A DNA stretch of 59,143 bases, filler included, from Basidiobolus ranarum (Eukaryota), in the NCBI GenBank assembly GCA_040143965.1. It is 8 parts of 8 records of this genome, joined end to end, with 100 filler letters (N's around TTAATTAATTAA, not from the genome) between each part and the next. Parts side by side here need not be neighbours in the genome. Positions count along the whole stretch, not along the records: positions 44,460 to 51,757 come from JASJQH010001146.1; positions 51,858 to 59,143 come from JASJQH010001147.1; 6 more parts are not named here. The stretch is one strand, 5' to 3'. Under the pieces are notes generated by a model that was given only the letters and a program-made list of their open reading frames with translations, did not search any database and was not told where the DNA came from. The translations under genes and the position numbers were made by a program. This document shows positions 49,301 to 59,143 of the stretch, piece after piece. Position 1 is the first letter of the stretch. Every line of letters starts with the position of its first letter.

Positions 49301-51168
49301 ACGAAGAGCAAGAAACTCGCAAGACCGGAAGACGCAAGCCAGCATACACTGGTGGTTTAGTTTTAGAGCCAAAGAAGGGCTTATATGACAAATACGTCTT
49401 ACTTCTTGATTTCAACAGTCTGTATCCTTCAATTATTCAAGAATTCAACATCTGCTTTACTACCGTAGAAAGGAAGGATGAGAAAGAACCTGATCAAATT
49501 CCCGAGGTGCCTGATACTGATATTGAGCAAGGCGTTTTGCCAAGACTGATTCATACTTTAGTGGAGAAGAGAAGAACCGTCAAAGGACTGATGAAAGACC
49601 CTAGAGCCTCTCCTCTTGAATTGGAGCAGTATGATGTTCGCCAGAAAGCTTTGAAGTTGACTGCCAATAGTATGTACGGTTGTCTAGGTTTTACCCACTC
49701 CAGATTCTACGCCAAGCAACTTGCCATGCTTATTACTTCCAAAGGAAGAGAAATTCTACAAAATACTGTGGATTTAGCCCAAGCTGAACGACTTGATGTT
49801 ATTTATGGAGATACTGACTCCATTATGATCAATACGAATTCCGAACTTCTCGAAGATGTCCGCAAGATTGGTTCATATTTCAAGAAGAAGGTCAATGAAC
49901 GCTACCGACTTTTGGAGCTCGAAATGGATGGAGTTTTCAAGAGGATGCTTCTACTGAAGAAAAAAAAGTATGCTGCTTTAAAGTTGGAGGAGCGTGATGG
50001 TAAAGAAGAAACAGTCATGGAAACTAAAGGTCTTGATCTGGTTAGACGTGATTGGTGTGACCTTTCCCATGATGTTTCTAATTTTGTTTTACAACAAATA
50101 TTTTCTGGTGATAATCGTGAAGAAGCAGTAGAAAGAATACACAAATATTTAGTAAAGATTGGAGAAGATGTTCGCAACCAGCTTACTCCCATCAACAAGT
50201 TCATCATTAACAAAGGGCTTACGAAAAACCCCGAGGATTATGCTGACGCTAAAAGTCAACCTCATGTTCAGGTAGCCCTGCGTATGAAGTCCAAAGGAAT
50301 TAGTATTCGTGCTGGTGACACGGTTCCTTTCGTGATCTGCAAAATATCTGACGATTCTTCAAACACAAAATCCTCTTATGCTGAAAGAGCCTACCATCCT
50401 GATGATGTAACACGTCAAGGATCTTCCCTCACGATTGATATTGAATGGTATCTCAATCAACAGGTTCATCCTCCAGTGGCTAGATTATGTGACCCTATTG
50501 AAGGAACAGATGCAGCCCATATTGCTCACTGTCTCGGCCTTGATTCTTCTAAGTATCACAGTACTTCCGCTAAAGCTTCCGACGAAAGATTTACCACACT
50601 AGATTCACAAATCCCCGATGCTGATCGATTTAAGAACGCCGTGAGATTTTCACCAAAATGTAGATACTGCCATCAAGCTTACGAGTTTGTTGGAACTGCC
50701 GTGGTTCAAGAAGACCGTGTGGTAACTGGCTTTAAATGCCCCAATGCGTCGTGCGGACAATTGGCGTCTGTCGGGTCCTTAGCGGTCCAACTTAAACTCG
50801 CTATTCGCTCTCATATTAGCCAATACAATGAGGGTTGGTTGGTTTGCGAAGATCCTCAGTGTGGCCATCGCTCCAAGTCCATGTCAGTGTACGGGCGTCG
50901 TTGCTTGATGCGTCATAAGGGAGTTGTAGCGTATCAATATAACGACACCGATCTATATACACAGTTGAAGTACTATGAAAGTCTATTCGATGAGGATAAG
51001 ATTAGGAAGAATGCCGCTGGAACTGAGTATGAGGCCAAGATCCAGGCTCTTTGTACCACTCATAGAGTCGATGCTACTCGTATGAAAGATCAAGTGAGCA
51101 AGTATTTGAGTAAATGTGGTCGACGTTATGTTGATCTAGCGCAAGTATTTAGTTTCTGCAAGATATGA
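46306..51168 (+). CDS. POL1: DNA polymerase alpha catalytic subunit (about 8 introns in the 5' half)
   Basis: N-terminal IYDEVDE...[10 protein letters not shown]; family B motifs [27 protein letters not shown] and YGDTDS; C-terminal Cys motifs. Confidence 0.97.
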
Positions 51169-51636
51169 AGATTTTCTACTATTTGTATTATTATCACTTA
51201 CCATGAATTAGACAATAAACCTGATCATATTTGTACCATACATCCTAGTATGATATTGCTCAAAGCCACTGGATACTAGGTTCCTCACATGTGCCTATAG
51301 CCTAATCTGCGGTGGACCATGACTCAGTTCCCGACTTTCGCACAGACGTTACAAAAAGTATTATACTCCTTGCGTCTACTTGAAACATCTCACTTTATAT
51401 TTGAGACCAATTTATTCCAAGAGCTCCTCAATGACTGGCCGAATAGCATAGACCCGGAATAGTGTCGATAAGGACACAATCCCTTTCCGAATTATTAAGC
51501 ACTCAAATAGGTTATTATAGAGTCTATTTGTAGATCTAGAAATGGATTTACATTCGTAACTTTCTTTTAGCTTTAACCCAACTATTTCGCACCAACTAGG
51601 ACCTCTCTTGGTTCATTTTACGTTTCATTGTACATG

Positions 51637-51672
51637 CATTTGCTTTCATTTGCTTTCATTTGCTTTCATTTG
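51637..51672. repeat. 10-bp minisatellite (CATTTGCTTT) x about 3.5
   Basis: Directly visible. Confidence 0.9.
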
Positions 51673-51757
51673 AAAGATATGGCTTTAACTTGGCTTAATA
51701 TCGGAAAATATTGACTGAGGATGAGGATTGAGCCAATGTGAAGATACTTACAAAATT

Positions 51758-51857
51758 NNNNNNNNNNNNNNNNNNNNNNNNNNNNNNNNNNNNNNNNNNN
51801 NTTAATTAATTAANNNNNNNNNNNNNNNNNNNNNNNNNNNNNNNNNNNNNNNNNNNN
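51758..51857. other. Artificial contig linker
   Basis: N44-TTAATTAATTAA-N44. Confidence 0.98.
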
Positions 51858-52416
51858 GTTTTTTTTCTGTGTTAACCAACACGACCGTGACCGGCTGAAA
51901 CGTGTCCACGCTTCTTTCTGTTCTTATGAAGGGTAGTAGGCTACAGTAAAATGTACGATTTAGTCTCAAATCCATCGAAAATAGGCAGTTCATCCAATGG
52001 GCCATCCATTGAAAAATTAATATACGCTCTTACCATGACTACAAGACCAGTGGATGGAAAAGAGAAAGAGAAAGAAAGGATTATACCACTTGTTATACTA
52101 AGTAAATTTTTTCACATCCCACCAATCATTCGCACTAAATATTCGCACCAATGGTCTAAGCCTTCCAGCATTCATCAAAAATTAAATTTTCTTCAGATCA
52201 GTAAGTAGCTTCCAACTAAGTTGCTCTCTATAATCAATTGATCCATTTAGGAGGGGGGTTAGGGTTAGGGCCAGTCTGTAAGATCAGAATAATATCTTGA
52301 ATTTGGGAATAGTTACGTTTAGTGCTAGCTACGTAATCAAAATTCCTGATAGTAATTTTTCATTCAAATCCATTACGAAGTTGCATTGTGAACTTCTAAC
52401 ATACAATAAAGTCAAT

Positions 52417-53531
52417 ATGAGTTTAAGCGAAGCCAAAGGATTATACGAAAATCTCAGAACCGAATTCAACTCACCCAACTGCAATCTCGATAAATGTGGT
52501 GAACTTTTGAGCAAACTCAAAGTATTTCTATATTCCACATCATCGCCTTATCTTGAGATATACTTTCTAACCATTTTACACTATAACTTATGTAGATTGC
52601 TTTGACTGAATTATCTTTTCTTATTCATGGCGATGACAAGACCAACCAAGAATCTTTACTTCTTGCACGTGAGTCATTATATGAGTGTTGTTTCGTATAT
52701 TTCACTGTATTAATCTATAGTATTGTTTTCAAGGTGAGGTTCTTGAAATCGGAGCTCAATGGAGTATTCGTGTGAAAGATGTTCCATCCTTTGAGCGTTA
52801 TATTGCTCAATTGAAGACTTACTATAGTGATTATAGGTTTGTTGACTATTCGTATATACATTTTTAAATCGTTTTTTTCACTAACTTGAGGTATTCAGCT
52901 CTCAACTCTCCACCTCCGATAAAATGTACCCTTTGATCGGATTGAACTTGTTGCGTCTTTTGGCTCAAAACAAAATCTCGGAATTTCACACCTCTTTGGA
53001 ATCCATCGAGCCAGACCAACTTCATAACAACCCTTATATTAAGCATCCTGTGGAGTTAGAGCAATCTTTGATGGAGGGAAGCTATAACAAAGTATGGAAC
53101 TCCCGCTCAGAAGTTCCAGCAGAAGAGTACTCTTTCTTCATTGATATTCTTATGGAAACTATCAGGTAACGTTTGAAATAATTGCAATGGGTTGTATATG
53201 AAGATACTAAATTATTCTCAATAGAAATGAAATCGCTGGTTGTAGTGAAAAAGCTTACGAAAGTCTACCTTTGGGTGACGCTGCTACTTTACTCTTCTTT
53301 AAGAAGCTCGAAGATGTCTTGACCTTTGCTCAAGAGGTATCTATTTAACTTTTAATCAACATTTAAGCAAACAGTATTTCTTATTTGATTTTTTAGCGTG
53401 GCTGGACGATCAACCCTACTGATAAGAAAATCTACTTCACTACTAAACATGAAGAAGTGGTTGATATCCCCTCAAATAAGATAATCGCTCAGAGCTTGAA
53501 CTATGCACGTGAGTTAGAACGTATTGTATAA
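52417..53531 (+). CDS. RPN12: 26S proteasome lid subunit Rpn12/PSMD8 (6 exons)
   Basis: LLSKLK/IAL...LAR/EVLEIGA...[12 protein letters not shown]...[17 protein letters not shown]...[13 protein letters not shown]...[13 protein letters not shown]...YARELERIV*. Confidence 0.95.
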
Positions 53532-53756
53532 ACCAAATGCTTGAAGTGCTATTTGTTATTATTCATTTAATCATTAAACGATCTAAACTACGCGTTCATG
53601 TGACTTGAATACTCTCCCATGTGAAGATCAGACAGGTTCCTAATTAAATGCATGGTTTCATGTGCAGTATGATCAATTTTATTCATGTTGCTGACAGTTT
53701 GGGATGTGGTGGAGTGGGGTGGAGATAGTGTCGTAGGCGTAGGCTTAAGGAGAGGT

Positions 53757-54477
53757 TTATTTGTTGTGCCAGATTAGATTCTTCAAGGAGTTCCATTTAT
53801 TGGAATCTATGTATAGATATTGCATAGAGGCTTGTAGAGAGGGTTGTAAAGTGTCTCTATCATGTCGGAACAACCACATGACAATTCCCCAAACTACAGC
53901 TGCAAACACCGGGAAGGAATGTTGTGGTTCTTCAATAACTTGACGCTTCACTGTGAGTTTGGCTAAACCAATAATGATACGAGAAAACAGATAGAGAACA
54001 ATCTATGGATAGTAGTGGGGAATGTTAAGATAGACTCTTCAAAAAGAATGAAATACCCTACGCACCTGGTTGTTGACATTGTTATTATCTCCGAAGATCA
54101 AGTAGCCTCCTAGCAAACCAGCAACAAACGAATGATGGTTAAGTTCTTTGCCTTGGATACGTTTTTGTAAGAACATCATAGTCTTGTATATGGTCACAAA
54201 GAAAGCGAGGTTACGAGCGTGAGCTTTGGTAGCCTTGAAAATCGCTTTCGCCTTTTCTTGAAAGCTAGAGTTAAATAAATTAATAAATGTAATACTTGTG
54301 TGCGAATAGTACCAAGAGTTACCTTCCGGAACGGAACAAGAAAGTCATAACTAAAGCATGGGGAAACCGAATCTTGGTACCATAAACAAGACCATTTCGG
54401 AAACCCTTAAGGATAGAAAGAAACTCATGATTTTGAGGTTCAAGAGCGAACTCTTGAAGTGTGCTTAAAATTGGCAT
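53757..54477 (-). CDS. PXMP4: Peroxisomal membrane protein 4 (Tim17 family), 3 exons
   Basis: LKGFRNGLVYGTKIRFPHALVMTFLF...HARNLAFFV...NNQ/IVLYLFSR...FAAVVWGIVMWLF...LQASMQYLY. Confidence 0.92.
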
Positions 54478-55097
54478 TACAAGAAACAGAAACTTGGAGG
54501 CAATAGAAATTAATAAGATAGAGAGTTGATGAAGAGTATCTGAGGTAGAGAACGCGGTAAAGAAAATGAAGTGTTTTTATTCCCTATTAAATATTCGGCG
54601 TAAACTCAATTCACCTACTTTTCATCAATATAAATCACCAGCCGAGTATTACTCCTTTATATTTAGAAACGGAGGTGTGAGAAAGATGGGGGTACTAGGG
54701 TGGGATGGTTTTTTGATGCTACCAGCAGGAGTCCATTAGGTAATCCTGTATTACTAAGATCGAGATACTAAAACCCTGACTTCCTTTAAGCACCTGATAA
54801 TCATGTATTAAGCTCCCAAGCACACCTGACCATATCCGTTTTCACGTGAAGTGGACTGTCATAAAAAAGCAAGCGAATTACGAGAGTTGACCATGTATGA
54901 TTTATTATGTGGTGTATTGGGTATAGTAATGGCCATAATAATAGGTGCTAATTGCCTGGTAATGACCAAAACAGATATATGATTCGCTTTTGGTTTATTA
55001 GAAATTTTTCGAGCGCCCTGGGAAGATGTTGATGGGTGACATGGAGTAAAGATTGAAACAAAGAGAAGGATGGAGAAGAGTGTCGACTATACGTGAT

Positions 55098-57811
55098 CTA
55101 ATCGTAGTCTTTTTCAAGAACTGATTCAAGGTCTAAGGCTTTTCCATTGATATTGAGAACACCTAAATACCCGGCGCACTCAGTCTTGATATAGTACACA
55201 AACAGAGCCAGAGTTTGGAATAAATTGCTACGTTGCTAGGTTCAAAATAGTTAGTGATTGAGGCGTCAACTTCTTACTCTAAAGTAAACATTAGCTTACA
55301 GGATAGACGTCGCAGCACTTGTTTCCAACCAATATGCAAAACTGAGGGGGATTCCTCGTTAACTGTTTTATTTGGACAATAGAATCTTTTGCTCCTACAC
55401 AGACACCAGTCGTTAGTCATCAAGGAAACATTCCAAGTACAGAGTCAATAAACAACTTACCAGGCTTTCCGTCAACGGGAACAAAATGCTTGAAGGTGAA
55501 AGGACTTCCTCCAAAAGCAGAGATGGTTTCAGCAGGCATGACCAAATCCATGAAGGCGCAGAAGAGATGAATAACAATCTAGAAATTACAAAATATTGGT
55601 TTCATCATCGAGAAATTCTTGGCAACAAAGACTGACCTGAGCATCAGTGGGAAGGTCGGTATTCCAGGTTTTATTGCCACCCCACTGGGTAGCACCGGTT
55701 TCCCAGCGATAGGCAGCTATGGCATGTCCGCGGGCAAGAGCCTCAATCCGTTCAACAATATATTCACGTGCATCAAACCCAGGAATAGTAAGGTACTTCT
55801 CGATCTTGAGGCGCTCTTGAGTAATGGGAATCTGCGAAGAGAAATTAGAGGCAACTCGAAATGCAAAATATTTACAAAAGATACGAACATGTGAGAACTT
55901 CTGGCTAAGATCGAATAAGTTTTGCGGTTTTTGAGACTGTTGTGAAAGACTGGTGTTCAGACTGCTGTTACCAAAGAGACTCATAGAACCTACGAAAATG
56001 AGTTTCTGGCACCACAAGAAATGTAACGAACTATGTGAGCTTACCTGGGGCTGTATTGGTAGATCCTAGAGCAGTTGTAGAGGAATTGGCTACTGCGTTA
56101 GAGACAGCTAATGCGCTACTCTTCAAGTATGAGGCAGATTTACAATCCAGATGCTCCAAGCCATTATCTTTTAGGATTCGATCAATTTGATGCATTCCGT
56201 CCACCAAAGGATGCAGAATTTTGGTGGCAATCCACTACAGAACACGAGGGTTAGTGACTTAGGCTCATTGAAATTCTTGATATACTCTCTTACCTTACGC
56301 ATGTTCTCCCCCCAAGCATCTATTTTATCGTCGATGCCAAGATTGTCTAAAACCTGCAATTGAAATACCAAAATAAATCACCTGATAATGAAATTAATTC
56401 AAAGGATCAACATACTGTTTGTGGATCTTGGTAAATAAAGCCATCAATCATGTGCTCAATTTTGGCGGTCTCCTTTTGTGATGGAGAATCTTGAACAGCG
56501 GTGTAATATTTTTGTAGAGGTACATTGGAAGAGTATGGGTTAGTAAGACCAACGGAGTTAGATCCTGTACGGAAGTCAGTATCTACTCGAGTAAGGAATT
56601 GTAAGTAAAAACACGCGCAAACAACCAAACATGCTATTTACTTTTGCTTTCATCGGAATCCAGCTCAAGCATCTGCTCAACTTCGGATACTGATCTGACA
56701 GCTTCGTACTCTGACCCGACTGATAACCCAGATTAGTTAAATAGTTATTTTGAATCTCACTAGAAAGTTTTAACATACCAGAGGTTGACGCTCCAAGCTG
56801 CTCACCCATCATAGAAGCGCTAGGTGTAGATCTGGGATTACGGGATGGAGTCAATGGGGATCCAAACACGCTGTTACCAAATCGGAGGGAGGACTTTGAT
56901 GGGGTTGGCGTTCCAGAGTATCTTCTCTCCATATAGGTCTCGATATAAGATTTACCAGGAGTTCCAGATTTAGTGACTCTAGCTTTAGGTGAGGTCTTTT
57001 GGCAAGTGGGAGGAGTAACCGCTTTGATGACCTTCTCAGGGGCTGTGGATTTCACATTGGGGTCGAGGCCAAGAAGTTTTCTTTGTCCCGGGGTAAGTGG
57101 TAAGTCGGCATAAGCTTCAGCGGGTTTGAAATATTTCCACAGAGCCTCAAAGAAGTTCCATAGAAAGACTAGAAATAATAGATACTCCATTCCAACGAGT
57201 ATATCCGCTCCTCTTGACCAATATCCACTTATTACATGGATTGTATCTATATGTACTTTGGAACTGGATACTAAATATAAGCATACTAAAGCAAAGAAAT
57301 TATTACGAACGCGAGCAGGAGTTTCACTAGTGATTCCTTTTCTTCTTCTAGCTTTTTCTAGCTTTGCTAAGGCTGGATGTTCCCAATTTCCAGGTGGTGT
57401 AGGACTATTTGGGCTTTGTTGAATTGCGTTCGGAGTGGAAATGCTTTGATTAATACTAGAACTACGTCCAATAGGAGTAGAAGGGATCTCTCTGCCCGTG
57501 GACTCACGACTGAACTCTGAAGTAGTTTGAGGAAAAGTAGCATCATTTCTATAGCCATCGGGCGTTGATGGTGCACGTTGACGAGCTAAGTTATTCGGAG
57601 TGAAAGAAGCCGGAGAACGCACAGTCGAATTTGTTAAAGTCTGAGAAAGCGAATTTAATGGAGTAGAGGGAGGGGCATCGAATCTTTCCTCTGTAAAAGA
57701 AGTATGTTGATTTTGGATATTTCGATTGGTAGTAACGGGTGAATGCATGTTTAATGATTCAAAAAATGCAATCCGCTTATGTGGATCTTGCTGGGGTGTA
57801 GTGGTAGCCAT
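55098..57811 (-). CDS. TMEM209-like nuclear-envelope membrane protein, multi-exon
   Basis: Two TM segments then LTPGQRKLLGL; C-terminal YIVERIEALARG...YRW...WNTDLPTDAQ/IVIHLFCAFMD and NLFQTLALFVYYIK...GYLG, as in TMEM209. Confidence 0.8.
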
Positions 57812-58464
57812 GACCTATACTTTTAAAGATAATAATACGTGTTTCCACAAAAGTACGTATCACTAGAGAAAATGGACTCAGTTTAACTCTACAACTATAA
57901 ACAATTATGTAGAACGTCAATATCACGAGTGGATGTTTTCAGCTTTTGTCAAAACCAATGAACTCGGAAATCTGAAAACATTTGAGCAAGTTCCTTTTTT
58001 TTATTAGTGAAAAAATCTTAATTCAAAACTAACTAATGATGCTAACTAGTGATGATCATCAAATCATTTGTTATGATTGGCACATGACTTGAACATTATA
58101 AACATCATACGGGGTTTTGCGCTGAATCTCTTTGCCATGTTAAAGGCCCGTATTAGCAGGAAGATAAATTTCATTTATTTTTATCCAAAAAAGATGGAGT
58201 TTAGCAATAACATTTTCGATAAAAATTCAGGAAAGATTATTAGTTGAAATGGCCATAATCGCCTCCACATGATAGCAGAGAGGATCTTCATAGAGATCGC
58301 ACTCCTTCAAACAACCCATAATAAAAAGACATTCAATGCAGGCAATGTAAGTAGCTATGCGGGAGAAAAGGGAGGAGAGGAGAGGAAAGGAAATATAAGC
58401 AATATACAGGATGCAATAAAAAACTGGTCTATTCGCTTTGTAGCTCAAGTCAAAGTTCACGTGA

Positions 58465-59103
58465 CTAATCATCATCCGTCATATCCATTCGGTTAAGTCT
58501 AGGTGATTTTCTAGATTTGCTAGGTGGCTGTGCACGCATTTTACGACTGGGTCTAGGTGATCTGATTTCAGTTTCAACGGTAGTTTGGATCATTTCTACT
58601 TCACTCGTCTCCTCAACTAAAATCACATCATCGTTGGAAATGCTGATATTCTCGCTCATGACTGAATCTTCATCATCTTGAGATTCATTGAAGTGATTTT
58701 GATTTGGATAGCCCCCTGGAGTATCCGAGACTTCGGCAGAATCACGCTCTCCACTTCTGCGAAGAATTGATCCGGATTTTCCTGTTCTGACTGACGGTTT
58801 GCTTCTCTTCTCACGGGGAAGAGTGATATTGTCCGATTCTTCTTCAGTAACATCACTCACAAGTTCACTGCTCTGTGGCGACTGTTGAGTCTTTCTCACA
58901 CGAGAGTGGTCGAAGGAAGGGGTAGACTCCTCGGGATTCAAAGTGAGCTTACTACGACTAGTTCTGTTGGTACTCCGTGCGGAACGGATGATACTGTCAG
59001 GAGCAATCGGGGGTTTTTGAGGTGTGAACTCAATACCGCGACTTCCAATTGAATATCTCTTTGGGCGTGCTGGTGTCTTCCTTATAGATTTACGAGCCGG
59101 TGC
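58465..59103 (-). CDS. Last exon of a gene running off the window; low-complexity S/R/E/P-rich tail
   Basis: Frame open from 59103, after the acceptor TTATTACAG, to the stop at 58465. No domain recognised. Confidence 0.6.
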   Translation of the reverse strand, partial: APARKSIRKTPARPKRYSIGSRGIEFTPQKPPIAPDSIIRSARSTNRTSRSKLTLNPEESTPSFDHSRVRKTQQSPQSSELVSDVTEEESDNITLPREKRSKPSVRTGKSGSILRRSGERDSAEVSDTPGGYPNQNHFNESQDDEDSVMSENISISNDDVILVEETSEVEMIQTTVETEIRSPRPSRKMRAQPPSKSRKSPRLNRMDMTDDD

Positions 59104-59143
59104 CTGTAATAAAGTTTTTCATATCCAATTACATAATATTCGC

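Overview
Eukaryotic, intron-bearing fungal DNA (short GT-AG introns with CTAAC-type branch points; gene content suggests an early-diverging lineage, possibly Zoopagomycota/Basidiobolus-like, which is inference only). It is not one locus: eight unrelated contigs of 7324, 7317, 7310, 7306, 7303, 7299, 7298 and 7286 bp, sorted by length, are joined by artificial 100-nt N44-TTAATTAATTAA-N44 linkers, so adjacency across linkers means nothing. Housekeeping genes: TRAPPC13, RPS11, a Djp1-type J-protein, GFA1, PCNA (3' end), NDUFAF3, DNA Pol alpha, RPN12, PXMP4 and a TMEM209-like nuclear-envelope protein. Accessory genes: GH46 chitosanase, subtilisin, pepsin, two tandem D-amino-acid oxidases, an SDR, MFS transporters and a TPR/ST7-like protein. 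Not in the ORF track: a U1 snRNA-like gene and several LTR-retrotransposon relics. The top finding is a degenerate Fanzor1 (eukaryotic TnpB-derived RNA-guided nuclease) ORF at 43441-44359, cut off by the contig end just before its RuvC region. Also notable: extreme CpG loss in LTR relics but not in the Fanzor relic, an in-frame TAA in GFA1, a U1 apparently lacking stem-loop IV, a GPI-type bacterial-like chitosanase and a DAO paralog missing its substrate-binding Arg. Family calls come from motif recognition by eye; no database search was run.
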